Notes: a model not told the origin generated them from the letters alone. A DNA stretch of 63,524 nt, filler included, from Basidiobolus ranarum (GCA_040143965.1; 4 parts of 4 records of this genome joined end to end with filler, not necessarily neighbours in it), one strand, 5' to 3'; positions 1 through 14,944 are shown, counted from the whole stretch's first letter. Numbers and translations are program-made.

Positions 1-1920
1 CCAAAGTATAAACCTATGTATACAAGCAGTTGATTTGGAGCCCTCATAATCTCAATCATACTCATAAGGTTCTATAAGTTCGCGATATCAAAAGTATTGC
101 AGGTCTCATCAAGAGAAAGTCCAACCGCATATAAACCATCTTTCCCGATTTTCGACCTCTTAGACTGGGCAAATGGCTATTACTCTTACTAACCCTCCTC
201 AAAGCGTTTGCGTTTGTATAGTGGTGTACCCTGCTGCCAACTAGCAATATGTTAATTAAGGATTTCCATTCATCTTTATTAAGACAAGTGAGCTTATACA
301 CAAGCTTGCCATGACGAGATCATTGTCCTCTCACCTCAAGTCATTTAGAGTAAATATTGAATTAAAGAAGTAAAAGCCTATCGAGTACTTGAATCTATTT
401 GGAGTGATACAGCGAAGCTTTTAGTACTCTTAATGCCGCGCCCTATGGCAGGTTGTGGCTTGTCATTGATTGTGTTAAGTCTTGCTTTATTATTAAGAAC
501 AATGGATTTTGATAAGTGAAAGAGCTCAGCGTTCAAAGAAAGAAATAGAAACGATATATAATTCTGTTCATCTAGTATTTTAGATCAGTATATCAGAGTG
601 GCTTCTAGAGCTTTTATCATTAAATAGCGAGAGTACTATATTCCAAAATACATGAGGAGGCATCTGGATACATCGTAAAAGAGGAGCCTTCTGGTGCTCA
701 CGCTCCGTAGAATTCTGAATACGACTTGACCCTGAAATCCGTGATTCTACGGCGTGAGGCCAGCTCAAAACTCTAAAAGTAGGTTACATTTGCGATGTTC
801 GTTCAAATCTATCTTCACAAAATATATTCCTTATTACTCAAAGGGATGGGCCTGGAAAAGTGACATGGCGAGCAGGGCTGCATTTATCGAGTACTGTGCT
901 AAAGATACATGTTTGGGCTTAGGTCATTAACAAAGGCACTATATGGATAGGTCAGCAAATAATACCAAGGCACTTGGCCAGCTTAGCTAACATCTTACAA
1001 ATATGGCTGATGTGGTAGTCATCAAGATTTTGTCTAACATTACTGAGACAAGGTTAGCTGAGTACTCGTTTTGATTTATTGGTGCATCTCTCCTATCCTT
1101 ATGATGATTGTACAACGTACGGTGAGAAATCCAGACTGAGATATTCGATTCCAGCAACAAACGGCCATTCGGATATTTATTGGCCAATCCTACGCCTCAT
1201 AAAGCATCCTATTTCAGCGGCCTATTGGATTGAATATCGGCATCTTCCGTGGCTGATCTTTTCAGTGCTAGATGTGGGATTTAGCAAGCTCCCTGCCTGT
1301 TTTCATGGGACTGGCTGATGCAGGCATTGTATGTGAGTTCTTCCAGAATGAAGCAAGTACATATTTAGCTTGATAGCCGGACATCGTTGGATTTTTTTGG
1401 AAATTATCACAGTTTTTTCAATGTCTCGTGTTGAATGTTGATCTCATGTTAGCCTGCTTACATGCTGTGTTATACTGGCACAGAATGGAAACTGATGTAA
1501 TGTGTACATTCTGCATTTCTCTGAAGTAAGCTTCGCCACGCAAATCGTTAGCCAATAATTGGAAATTCGGATTTTCTTGGCTCAGTTCATTGGATCTGCT
1601 GATTCGGAAACTTCGCTTCAATGTGATTTGTAAAAGATAATTTATATGCATTTGGAGTGACTGAACTAAATCCGATCTAGTTTGACTTATTTCTATTCTA
1701 TATCTGTATAAAATGGGTTCTGAGTTGGTCAAGTACTCGTCAAGTCGACACTACTGAGTAAATTTTGATCGGATGACAAGATAATTCTTATAGTGTCTTT
1801 TATCCGTTCAGAACAACAAATCCAAGTGAGAATAGAGTTTGGTTACGTATTTTTCGAAAGTCTCTTTCCTTATTGCAAACCTCTGTTTATCTAAGCCTGC
1901 ACTACACACTCTCACGCCAG

Positions 1921-4900
1921 ATGTTGCGTCTTGCTTCATTGTTGTTGCTGGGGACTCAATTGCTCTCTGTGACTGCTCGTAAGCCTCAGCTCGTGGATGA
2001 AGGCACCTTATTTCCACAGCCCATACATATTTCTCGTGAAATTCCTCAAGAGGATGTTGAAAGCTTACTAAAAGATGCATCCCCTATTGCTGTAAAACCA
2101 CCTCAATTCCTTCGCAATCAATTCCATACTCCATTACAAAAGCGTAATCCTTTTCAAATTGCCGAAGATCAATGTCCCCCTTGTTTTAATTGCATGCTTC
2201 CTTCCGATACGTGTTCGCAGTTCGCTGAATGTAACGAGTATAATGGTCGCTGTAACTGCCCGGATGGATTTGGCGGTGACGATTGCTCCAAACCAGGTAT
2301 GCACACATTTTATATATCACGTAGAGAAGGCGGACTAACGTAAGCAATTATTTTACTTCATCAGTATGCAACTCTTTAGCCGATGGAAAAGATCGTAAAA
2401 CAAGACAAGGGAAAGAGTGTCAGTGTTCTGATGGTTGGAGCGGCATCAATTGTAATGGTATGTATCATTTGTTACAAATCAAGTTACGTAGGTCGAATAT
2501 ATTCATTATTCTTTTCGATAACAGTGTGCGAAAGCGACCAAGCATGTAACTCGCTTGTGCCTACCGGGCAAAATGGAACTTGTTATCAGGGTGGACTGGT
2601 TGTATTCAACAATTATCAAGTTTGTGATGTGACCAGTATGTATATTTCTGATCCAAATCTGAGTGAAAAGGGAGTTAGTTAACACATATCCTATAGACAG
2701 AAAAATCATTGATATGTTACCAAATCAGCCCCCTCAAGTCACTTTCAACTGTAATGCTAACGAAAAAACTTGTGGCTTCCAATGTAAGATACAATTAGCA
2801 TGCAAAATTTCTTAAATTTATATTAATTCTAGCGATTCTGTTTATAAGTTTGGATTGACCAAATTGAGTCGTTCTATTGTACTCTTGACCACTGCGAATT
2901 TCGTGAAGGTATTGTCCGAAATTATTCAATGTTACCAAATGCTATTTGAGTGCTGACTATTGAATCCCCGTCCTCAGATCGTAGTTACGATGGAAACGCT
3001 ACTTACTATACTTGTCCTAATATTCGCTGTAAATGCATGCCAGACGAGATGCTCTGTGGCCAAGAGGGATCTATTGGTATGTGTTATATAGATACAAATT
3101 CATAAAGATTTGACGTCTAACCTGCATTGAATAACTACACTCAGATATTTCAGAGTTTTTGGAAGAGGAAATCGAAGGGCCTGCATCTTTCAAATGCAAT
3201 ACAAAAGACGGATGTAGATTTGAGGGTAAGCGATATGACATACATCAGTTATCTTCAATTTATCTAATTCTAATTATGTCATTTATCAGAACCTGCCATG
3301 AACGACTTAATCTTGTCGGTTTTCGGTGACTCTTACATTACCTTAAATTGTCACTCTGGAGAGTGTCTTCATTACACTCAGGTTCCTGGATACAGTGTAA
3401 GTTATCGCTTTGGCAACCTTGCTTTTTTGCCCAAATTTTGCTAATTTTCGAGTAATTCTTACCCAGAGACCCGAAAAACCCAAAAACACATCTCTGATGA
3501 TTATTTCCATCGTTTCTGTCTTGATTTTCATTCTGGGAGTCAGTGCAGGTGGATACATATATTCTGCACTTATTTGTGTACATTTTACTAAGTCATTCTT
3601 AACTAGGTGCTGTATATCTTGCTCGGAAAAACAAGCAAAACTCAAGTGATTATCTGCCTCTCGATCAATACAATCCTGATGATGAAGCCGGCAAGTTAAT
3701 GGACAACCATACACCTGCAGCCTTGATGTTCCGAGGGGTCAATTACATAGTTGGCAAGAAGCAAGTTCTAAATAATGTACACGGCATTGTAAAACCCGGT
3801 CAAGTAATGGCTATCATGGGTGCCTCTGGTAAGCTTTTGTCTAATAAACAATGTAGCTCTCGGCCCATCATATATTCACACAATTCATTTTCCTCCAATA
3901 GGTGCTGGAAAGACAACATTCTTGGATATTCTCGCCCGTAAAAACAAATCCGGACTAGTTACTGGTGATATATTTGTCAATGGAAGAGTAGTTACTGATT
4001 CACAATTCAAACGAGTTGTTGGGTATGTGGATCAAGAAGATACCTTGATGCCTACGCTTACAGTCTATGAAACTATCCTTTATTCTGCTTTATTACGACT
4101 TCCACGCAATATGTCGTCCGAGGCTAAAAAACATCGCGTTTATGAGACGATGTCTGAATTAGGTATATTGGGTATTAAAGATAGCTTAATTGGTGACTCA
4201 GGAGCTCGCGGCATTTCTGGCGGAGAAAAGCGTCGTGTTTCTATTGCTTGTGAGCTGGTTACCTCCCCGTCCATTCTTTTCCTTGACGAGCCTACTTCTG
4301 GTTTAGACGCTTATAACGCTTATAACGTAATTGAATGTTTAGTTACTCTAGCTCGTAACTACAACAGAACCGTGATCTTCACCATTCACCAACCTCGTAG
4401 TAATATCTTTGCTTTGTTCGATCAATTGGTGTTGCTGGCTGATGGCTGGATGATCTACTCTGGTGTAGCTTCTAAAGTCCGTTCTCATTTCGAGAGTATT
4501 GGCCATCCTTGTCCTCTTGGTTTTAACATCGCTGATTTCATGGTCGACTTGAGTAAGCACGCCGTAAAACCACCTGAAGAAGACTTTGAAGACGATGAGG
4601 AACTAATTCCTGGCTTGACCAACTCGAATAACAACGTTGAAGCAGAAACGTCACATAATGGTCGCAGGCGATCAATTCGTCTCATGCAAGAAGATTCATT
4701 GTATTCACCACGACGTGTTTCAGTAACAAATCCTTTCGATGATCTAAGCACTGTAACTTCGACACCTGAGGCTAACAATCCATGGCAAACCGAAATAAGT
4801 CCCTGGGCTGGTAATAATGAAAGCTCCACCGCTTCTTCCAGGAACTCTGAGACAGTTGATGGGATGTCTAGCCATTTGCTTATGCTTGTAAGAGAGTACA

Positions 4901-5841
4901 AGCGTAGTACCTTGGCCCATAATATTGCGGATGAGATTGAGAGAATCGTCGGGACAAATCAGGTGGATGGCGCGAACATTCCCATTATTGGGACCTACCG
5001 TCGTTCGTCTTGGTATACACAATACAAAATTCTATCTGACCGCACGTTCAAGAATCTTTACAGAAACCCATATCTGATGTTAACCCATTACGTGATCAGT
5101 GTTTTCTTGGCCGTATTGTGTGGTCTCTTGTTTTATCAAGTTACCAATGACATTGCTGGATTTCAAAATCGTATGGGTGTGTTCTTCTTCGTATGCGCCC
5201 TATTTGGATTTGGATGCCTCACCTCACTACAGGTGTTTGCTAGCGAAAGGATACTGTTTGTTCGTGAGCGTGCGAATGGTTATTATTCTCCTATCACCTA
5301 CTTTGCCTCTAAAGTCATGTTTGATATCGTTCCATTGCGTGTTATTCCACCGATACTTCTAGGAATAATCATTTACAATATGGTCGGGTTGGCTCCTGGA
5401 ATGGAACATTTCCTCAAGTTTTTGTTGGTCCTCGTTATGTTTAATTTGACCGCCGCCAGTATCTCACTATTCCTAGGTATTCTGTTTAAAGAGGTTTCGG
5501 TAGCCAATTTATTGAGCAGTCTTGTAATGCTCTTCAGTATGCTATTCGGAGGGTTACTTTTGAACAAGGATTCGATCCCACCATACCTGAGATGGTTGAA
5601 GGATCTTTCATTTTTCAACTATGCATTGGAAGCTATGCTAGTCAATGAAATGAAATATCTTCAGCTAACTGAGAAGAAATATGGCCTACAAATTGACATT
5701 CCCGGTGCCACCATCTTGTCCACGTTTGGATTTAACGCGGCGAACTATTGGCCAGATGTTATCAAGCTTTCCTCCATGTTCTGCATATTTATCGTTTTGT
5801 CCTTCGTTTGCCTTCAGATGTTTGTGAAGGAGAAACGTTAA
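1921..5841 (+). CDS. ADP1: ADP1-like ABCG half transporter with signal peptide and N-terminal Cys-rich EGF-like lumenal domain (multi-exon)
   Basis: ATG 1921 ([11 protein letters not shown] signal peptide); CPPCFNC/EGF exons joined by GT-AG introns (e.g. 2297-2364); Walker A GASGAGKTT split by an intron; signature [12 protein letters not shown]; Walker [14 protein letters not shown]-terminal ABC2 membrane domain; stop 5841. Confidence 0.93.
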
Positions 5842-6462
5842 CCTTCCCCGTTGTTTATCCACCAATGGCGAGGCATAACAGCTATGGCAGATATTTAATG
5901 AGTAACGAATTTGCCTTTCAAAGGAAGACCAAACTCTCATTAACCGCATGTTGGACATCATATTTATCCTCCTACAACATGCTAACTTTAGGTATTCACA
6001 GTTGGACCTTTTTGAATTATTAGTTTCTTTCCCCTCCCACCTTTCCCCTTAACTGAACGACTATGATGGATGGCCAACGATTTTGATTTCACTCCTTCAG
6101 TTTATCAATGTATCGTTGACATTCGTATCGATCATTCCCTACACATTTTTTTCTATTTCATTTTTATAGTTTAGTTTTCTTTCCCGTCTCTTTTGACTAT
6201 ACCAAATATTAGTTTCTTTTTCTCTACTACTTCATCTTCCTTGATCCCTTTCGATATTACAATTACAATACGTTGGTAATTTTGAGTGATAATTTAGTAA
6301 ACTTCCTATTCACCACCCACCCCACTGTTCGAAGTAAAATCAAATCAACCTACATATGGAATGCACCGTTTCTTTATGATTCCTAAGGGAGATGTATGGG
6401 ATTTCTTTATTTATTAAATAACAAGGAGATTTTTTCAATCACCCACTCCAACATGGTTACGA

Positions 6463-6490
6463 AGAGAGAGAGAGAGGGAGAGGGAGAGAG
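6463..6490 (+). repeat. (GA)n/GGGAGA purine microsatellite
   Basis: gaagagagagagagagggagagggagagag between the convergent ADP1 and VTC1 3' ends. Confidence 0.8.
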
Positions 6491-6712
6491 GTTATAAGTT
6501 TAAATTAGAGATGAAATGTGGGGATACTTGTAGTTCTCAGGGTCAGAACTTCAATAGATGTACAGGTCTGTGGAGTGGTATGATTTCTCCTATAAATATA
6601 GAGTTAAGTAAAAGAAGTTGGTAGCCTAGAAGTTTACCAAGAACGAAAGAGGGATCTCTGAGTAGTAGAATATATGTATATATGTACCCAAGGTCGATCC
6701 AAAGAATCCTTC

Positions 6713-7236
6713 TTAACGTTTATCAAATATAAATGTAAATCCGAAATTCAAACAGAATGTGATTAATAATGTGATAGCTAAAATTACTGGTCCATTGGGC
6801 TCATCTAAATTCAAAAAAAGGTTAGTCATACTCAATGAATCTTCCCAATGTTCTTGAATAGTTTACCATAAGCTCCATGCTCTTTACGATATATCTTTCC
6901 AGCTCGCCAACGAAACAAATGAAATGCGTAAAATATGATGAAAAATGTGATAACCGTTAATACTACCGCAGATACTTGACTTCCAACTCCACCAAAGTTT
7001 AATAAACTTAACGCTATACCACCCATAATAGTACATAGTTGTAACCAAGAGAGAAACGTTCGTTCATTCGCTAGATAGGCTTTAACTTCTAACTTCTCCA
7101 AAGGATCTCTCTCCGTTACCCTCTCCTCAGGTTTAGGTTCAAAGGAAAGATGAGAGATGGTACTCATGAATTGTTGGAAAGACGTTTCTGCCCTTGGCCC
7201 TGGTTGTGACTGCACCTGTGACTGTGACGTAGACAT
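6713..7236 (-). CDS. VTC1: Vacuolar transporter chaperone Vtc1-like (DUF202) small membrane protein, 2 exons
   Basis: KAYLANERTFLSWL motif and three hydrophobic helices; intron after ...EHGAY; exon 2 DEPNGPVILAITLLITFCLNFGFTFIFDKR* ending at TAA 6715-6713. Confidence 0.85.
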
Positions 7237-8629
7237 GGTGGTGGCTGGGAGTTTGGCTAAATAGATGTGGGTTGGGTGTGGTTTGTCTTTCTTATTATAT
7301 CTACTTGTTTAGAATCTTCTTCAAACTAGCGTAGAAGATCAATAGTGCTCTCAAAATGGACCATGAGCAAAAGAGACGCTCAGATATCTCGTATACTCCT
7401 TCACTAACTTCCTGAACACGTGATAGGCATACGTTTCTTATCACATGAATTAAATCATGGTCAGTAAAAGTTTAAACCCAACTTCATGACATATATATAT
7501 ACGTATATGCAGTGAAACGAACAGTAATGTGTGTGGCTTAGAATGTTAATCGCATCCTAAACCCACTAAATGCTGAAAATAACCTCTTCCTTACCACCTT
7601 AAATATGGTTCCTTAGTAGAGTAAAGGATCTAGGCCTAAACACAGTCTTAGGCTATGCTGTTGCCATAAAATATATAAAATATTTGCATTTCTCTGCATC
7701 CTAATGCTGTACTCAAATGAAGTACAGCCATAAGGAATTGCAGTACTAGTGGAATGCTAAGTTCACTTGAGTTTGAAATCTAATTTAGGAGTGTTCTGGA
7801 ATGTGCCTCAGACGTGGCAGACTCTCATTAAGGAATATATTGTTCCGGTATGCTCCTAGCAAATAATGATATACTCGGCGAATATTTACTTCATTATATA
7901 CTGGGTAATTCAGAAATCGATGATTTACCAAGTATCTATGTTCTGTCACTTAACTCATATTTTCACAACACATGTCACTGATATCTTGGAAAAGTAATGG
8001 TTCCATCAATTATGGAGGAAATAATTGTATCGATCATCTGTAGAAAACACCTTTGAATTTATCACTTATATATATATATAGGGTTTCTGTACGTATGTAC
8101 AAATTTCATCGGGTGTAACATTTTTGAAGTGGTGTAGGTAGTGTGGTGCATTGTGATTGCACCAAAGTAGAGGAAACGATGTGGAAAATAGATTGAAGTT
8201 CTGTGTAGAATATGGGAACAGCTGGTAAAGGGTGAAAAGAAAAAAGGGGACCATGACTGGATCACTCATAAATAAAATACTCCAAATGAGGTCAATAATG
8301 AATGTGTTATAAAATGAAGAGTAATAGATAGAGCTCTGCAGTCTTTTCGTGATACTCCAGACTTCAATAAAGTATTCACCAGTTCAATGAAGAGAATCCG
8401 GCTAGGCATTCGTCTGGCTGGATGAAAAAACAATTAAAAATGGCTCGAGCCGAAGAAATGAGAAGAGGTGAACATGCCACAAGTTCAAGTGAAAGAAAAA
8501 TTGCAACGATATCAGAATACGAAAACAGGTACCTGATATATATGAACATCGACTATGACGAACAAATGCGAGACCCCATACCGGGCCATAAGTTCAGCAC
8601 ATACAAAAATGATTTATTAGTGACTAAAT

Positions 8630-10496
8630 TCATGCTTGGCCATTGGATGTAGTCGCTTTGATTGCTGAATCTTGGTTTGATGAAGAGACAGGCAATAGCT
8701 GCATTTCATCGTTGTATGTACGAGCGTTGTAAGTACTGTTTGTAGGTGCACCGTTGCTAATTCCAGCTCCTGGGAGAGGAACCGTGCTAAATTCTGTAGA
8801 AACAGTATATCCACTGATTTGAGAGAGAGTGCCCATAGTAAAAGTATCTACAGTTTTCAGAGCGTCCAGAGCAGTCTTGTCTGGCGCGGTCAAGTCCATA
8901 TAGCTACTTTCATGGCTAAGAACTCGCTGTACAACCTTTGGACGAGAGTAATCGTACATCAGAAAACGTTCCTCCATGATTTGCATCTCCTTCGGGAGCG
9001 GCTTGGAACGCTTAGAAGGATCCTTACGTTTACGAGCCTTCAACGGGTTATCTTCTAAGAGTAGCTCCTCCAATTCGTGAGTGGCATCAAAGTTTGCATG
9101 TTTGGACTTGGAACAATATCAGCATGATAATATTAACAATAAATAATAATAGTAATAATACATACATCAGGCTCAAAGGGCGGTTTAGCTTCTTTTGTGG
9201 GAAGCTTTTCCCATTCAATATCTCTAAACCAAGGATGATTCTTCATTCGCTCAAAGCCATCATCCCCGCAACCAAGGCGATTATGAATATCTCGCTCGCA
9301 TAGCTATCGTATTAAAACCAAATAAGTGAAATATCTTTACAAGAGCATTAACAATAGTGAACATACCCCACGAATAGCATCCATGGCATCTTCAGTGACC
9401 ACATCTTTAGCTCCAGTAGGAAATGTTAAATCCTCATTCATAATTGCGGCCGTCAATGCATCGTTGGTTTTAGCACGGAATGGACGCTATTAAAACCATT
9501 TAATGACGAAATCAATATTATGGCATTGTCAAATTTTCCATACCTTGCCAAAAAGCAGCTCATAGGCAACCACCCCTAGACTCCACCAGTCGACAGTTCC
9601 GAAATATCCTTTTTTACTTAAAACCTCCGGGGCTGATGAAATTTTTTTAACTTTAAACCAAAAGTCAACGAAGCTCTTCAACGACTGTACGTACCCATAT
9701 ATGCCAAAGAGCCAGCTACTGATTTGAGAGCTTTGTCTTTATATTGGACTGCAATATTGAAATCGGTAAGATGAGCATGACCTACCAACATAAAAGAAGA
9801 TTATTATACAACATCTTTAAACCAGAACACCAACAATATATTACCTTTTTCATCTAAAAGTATGTTATCTGGTTTCAAGTCCCTATAAAGCACTCTAAAT
9901 TAAATAGTATAATTGAAAACCAATCTAAATGTAGTATATACCTGTGAACAATTTGTTTGGAATGCAAATAGCGCAGGCCCAGGGCAATTTCGGCAACATA
10001 AAATCGGACCACTTCTTCTCTCATAGGTCCTTGGCGGTCCAAATGGAATCTCAAATCTCCACCAAGCATCAAGTCCAGTACCATAAACATGTTTTCGTCA
10101 TCTTGGAAAGCATATCGAAGATTGCAAATCAATGAAAAATCTATCTCTTCTAAGAGGCGTCGTTCTTGAATGATATTCTCCACTGCTCGCATACGAATAC
10201 ACCGATGCTTGTTAATGTATTTCAAAGCATACAGTTGCTTCGTACGCTTATGTTGTACAATTCGGACCTACAGACCATTTAAGAATTAGTGGATAATTTA
10301 CGGAGAAGTTAAATATCCTAATAGCTACCTTGCCGAAAGCACCTTTACCAACTGAGCGTAGCAGATTAAAATGGTATAGCTCCACTGAAAAAGGACAAAA
10401 CATTTAGCAAGCAGGGTTTCAATGTGATATACCACAAATGGCCGTACCTTCATTTGTAAAATCGATCTCTTCCTCTTTACAACAAAGAGCGCCCAT
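8630..10496 (-). CDS. AGC-group Ser/Thr kinase, YANK/STK32 family (multi-exon)
   Basis: Start MGALCCKEEEIDF; GKGAFGKV glycine loop; YALKY; IVHR|DLKPDN; HLTDFN (DFN is typical of YANK); GSLAYM|APE; DWWSLG; C-terminal ELEELLLEDNPLKARKR. Confidence 0.88.
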
Positions 10497-12809
10497 GTTA
10501 TACTTTTTATGAGAGTGGTATAGAGAATAGGGCTAAGTTGCGAAGTTTGAAGGATATAAAATGTGAAATAATTGCTTTTAAAGTTAAGGGAAATGAATAA
10601 GAAAGATCTATCGATAGTTGTAGGTGTTAAATTATATGAAAGTAAAATGCAGAGCAACTATTACCCTAACATTAGTTGAGAAAACAACTGGGAAAGTGCT
10701 TTAACTAATAACGGAGAAACAAAATATCAGAGAATTTTGGTCTACGTAGAGCAGTGTTAGGCACTTGTAGAAAGGCAAATGTGAGTGGTGGCTAAAGGAG
10801 GAGGAGGAAATATTTATAAAAGGTATTAAGTGGAAGTCTAATAGAGTAACCAGTTTTATGTGATATATTTTTGGAGCAGCGTGATAGCCAAATTAAACAG
10901 TATTTTAGAGAAGGAAGCGTCTTGAAATAGTTAGAGAACCAAGATAGAGTTAAGTTATGGATGAAGGGGTGGGGTGGGGGAGAAAAGGAGAGTTTATCAG
11001 GTGTACAGTAAGAGAAGGGAAGATTTACGAATTTTCCACTAAATGCTATTAATGAAATACATTTAGAAGCAGCTTGACCCAATCCTGAATTCTTTTTAGA
11101 CTTATTAAATAAAGGGATTTGTTCAGTCGTGCATTTCGGTGACTGAAAATACCTTTGTTTGATTGATTCTGAGATGCTTGAGGAAAAAGCTATGAATCAA
11201 TATTATTCTACTAATTGGATGTAACAGTCTCGAGGTTTTTAATAGGTCTCAGAAGCCCAAATGATCTCTGTACAGCTGAACCGTAAGAATGGCTTTGTTC
11301 GCCAATTAGCAGTCACGTCGAGCAAGATTTGATCATATATTGCTACACGTATTGGAGATCTTGCATGGCATCTTCGCTCAGGAAGCCTGGTACGCAACAT
11401 CGGTAGGTAGAGGCTCAGCGTTTATTTTCGAGGGCAATCTGCACAGATTGACCACGGCTATTATCAAGATAACGGGCCAGCTCTGCAGCGGCCTGCACGA
11501 TCAGAGCCCCTCTGCTCAAGTTACACTGCCCTGTCACAGCAATAATTAGCCCAGAGGCAAGGGGCACAAATGTGAAAGGAGGCGAGAATGCCCTGACAGT
11601 AGTTGGAACAAATGCTCTTGGCTTGTACTTGGAGCTCATTGGAGATCTATACAAGTCCTGTTATCCACTTCTCTGGCTTCGGTTGGCCCATTTGAATGAC
11701 TCCAAGGCATTAGTTCGATCGCATAAAACTGGCCATCTCCTCACTAACTGGCTCCCCAGTAGTCAATCGACACCCTGCAACAGAGATCTACCTCAACCAA
11801 TCGTAGTGCTGTACCCTTATTTTCCCTCAAACTAGCGATCTAATTTGTCATCTGGTCGTCGAAACAGGGATTTTCGAGTTAAATTCCTTGGAATGGAAGG
11901 CGGATCATTTCAGGTCACTGCTTCGAGGTAGAATGTTGAGAATAGGCAGGTATTTACTTAAAGATGCCCTTTGTGTATATAAGATACATCTATGCTTCCC
12001 AGATCAACGGAAATATACATAACGGTTGCACGGCCGGAGAATGCTCATTGGTTGAACTCAACGTTAGTCAGAATCTTGCTTTGTGACTTATTTCAGGATG
12101 AAGATTAAGTGAATGCGGGAGATAATCTTCGTTATCAGTATGGCATCTCAATTCGTACCAAGTGAGGAAGATGCCCTGGTGGTAGTCATCGTTGCTAGTT
12201 TTAATTCATGTCTTTGAGCTTTGAAACACTCGTCTGCTTGCATTGGACATGTTCCCATCATCCACTCTGCCGTTTCAAATAATCAATGAGACCATTCTAT
12301 GCCATATACGTCTTAGGGAGTAGTTTGCGAGTGTGATGTAGCTGTTGATGTTCAGGATGGTTTGACTTCTAGCAACTTCTCAAATGATTGGATTTGGAAT
12401 GTGTGTCTGACTAGGAGGCTATTGATATATACCCAGGTTAATCAATGGCTGGAATGGTAGCAAACTGTGAGTATTATATTGCTGCTCGTCATTTGCGATA
12501 TCTCTATTTATACACAAATCACCAGCAACACAAGCTTGAACTATAACATCTCAAATACTAGTAGTAGTAATTGGTCTCGATATATATTTCATGCAGAGCT
12601 TGCTGAAATATCAGAATTAAGCTTCCAACTATCTCTTCTGTTCAAAAACTTCCTATTCATCCCCTGTACTGCAACAATACTCTGGATATATCTCAGAGAT
12701 GTTGAGTACTGCCAAACGCTCTAAACTCATCCAAAACTCCCAAAGCCTTTGCCCAACTTTCTTCTGGTATAGATATGAGATATCTACCGAAAGCTCAGCC
12801 CTGTTCAAT

Positions 12810-12910
12810 CTTTGCAGCTGAAATAGCAAAAGAAGCGTGACCCTAGAGAGTCTATATGAGGTCAAGAATACTGCTAATTTGGTGTTTCTCAGACAAAAGC
12901 TCATTACACC
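12810..12910 (+). mobile_element. Degenerate Ty1/copia gag fragment
   Basis: Translates (with a stop/frameshift) to AEIAKEA*..LESLYEVKNTANLVFLRQKLIT, resembling the copia gag 'AKExWxxLxxxY...N...L...L' block. Confidence 0.45.
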
Positions 12911-14582
12911 TGGGGCCTATTTTGATATATTGATTTAAGATATATATGTCCCCCAGTCTTTGTAAGCATAAAATTTAAGTTGCCCATCATTAGTATCACC
13001 ATCACTTGACAGGCTGACTTGCTGTACCATTAACTAAATGACTGAAATCAAAGCAAAGATCGTGTACTGATATATGTACAAACGCAGATAATCTTTCATG
13101 TTTGAACAATGATCTATTTTTTCAGAAAATGAGAAATATCCAAATATTGCGGGATTTCTGTCTATATCCAATAGGTAGGTTAGGTAGTTGATATCACGGT
13201 CGCCTACTTTTGGGTCAAAGGCTTTATGTCATCTGCTACTTACACAAAGAAAAATCTGCATTGGCAGTCATACTCGGGCAAAAAAATCCTTTTTTTCTCC
13301 AACCCAGAAAATACATGCCGGGGAACCCTGATTTCAATTTTTCAGAAAATACTATATATACCGTCTGAATTGTGTAATCAAGCTGTACCGCACTGAACAA
13401 CATGGTAAGTTTCATCTTCATATTTCTATCACCCATCATAATTGTAGTATACAATGATGATTGCTTTGCCGCCCCAGTCGGACTATCTTATCCATGGCGA
13501 GAATATAAGCAACAGCCAAAAATCTGAGCATCACATGATGCTACACACACAACCACACCGTATTGTACCCCATATTAATTATTTCATTTTCTAGATTCTG
13601 CAAGGTGTTCAGTGATCCGCACTGTTTTTGAAACCCCACCATTAATGTAAATAAATTAGTTGGATACACTTACACGTCTTTCCCATTTTTGTTGACCAAG
13701 AGCACTATTGTCAAGGCGATAGAAATTTAGCATTTACTTGTGCTCGGTTTTGTGAAGTATGAGAATGAGTGTGTGATTTAACTATGTATATACCTAAAGT
13801 TTTAAGCTTGGCCATATGTTTGCTATGCATTCCCGATATCCCACAATTACCTCAAAGTTGTCCACATTAATCCTTCAATTCAGCCTTGTGATTTTGTTTC
13901 TTGTATTTCCATGCGAAGTGCTATAATTCATCAACTCTGTGGATGAAAGTAGCATGTCTTACGTATTGTCACAATCAAGACTCCATACCAATGAAGTGAG
14001 TTACTTCCATCTAGTTCACTTTTTACCAATAGTTCAAGTTGACTGGTGGCATGGCTAGCAAGTCTACTATCTGGATGATGAGACTAAGGTGTAACAAAGC
14101 TTCCTTGGGATGTACTTCAGTTATAGCGGATCCTAACTCTTGTCAGTGCCTTGTAACAGTAATTTATGTAGTTGTACTCAAAGTTCAAACTGTTATGAAT
14201 AAAAAATTTGAAATATGTACCGCAGTTAATGTTAAGCTACCAATGAAATATTCAGTAAACACAGTGTTATATGATCAATGACATGAATTAAAAGACAATC
14301 TACGTTAATTGACCTATAAAGGGAGAATAAGAGGATTCTCTAGGCTGTCATTGATGGCAGCTTTTAAGTATATCAGCCTTGTCCTCAATATAGAATTAAA
14401 AATCAGATGTTGTGACTTGGTTTATAAAAAAGGACACGCATGTCTACATGACTTATATGAAAATCGATCCAATTGCAGGTTACTGTTGGCTTCAAAAAGA
14501 ATACTGCTTGAAGAAACTTATTAGAAATCGGCCATGCTTAGCAAGGCTTGTAAATAAGTCCATTTTCAGGAATGCAATTTCA

Positions 14583-14700
14583 TGTTGAAGTTTATTGTCT
14601 TTATCATATTTGTCATTGTTATCTTTGTACACCTAACTATTTCACATATCACATATAAGTTGGTTAACATTATTTAGTCAAGTATCACTTGGCTGAAAAT
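14583..14700 (+). mobile_element. LTR-like repeat family B (5' part; right end not defined)
   Basis: Starts TGTTGAAGTTTATTGTCTTTATCATATTTG; closely similar to 63415-63524. Confidence 0.7.
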
Positions 14701-14944
14701 CAGAACATACATTTTATATATATGTGAATAATGTGAGAATTAGCAATTCTATATTGGAAACTTCAAACTTATCCAAATTGCCCCAAAAGTAGCTCTTTTT
14801 ACTCCCACAGATGTTCTGAACATAGCCCAGTGTTATTTTTCTGTATTTCCACCAAAATGTACATAATTAATTATAATCTCAAAAGTTAATCATAACTCTA
14901 CTTTTGTAAAGTTTCTCCAAACAGCATATATTTTCCCAATTCTC

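Noticed and set aside
1-1900. Short ORFs upstream of ADP1
   Set aside because: No recognisable motifs or consistent splice structure
11280-11900. GC-richer stretch with overlapping 69-87 aa ORFs
   Set aside because: No identifiable domain; possibly an old TE relic, but unsupported
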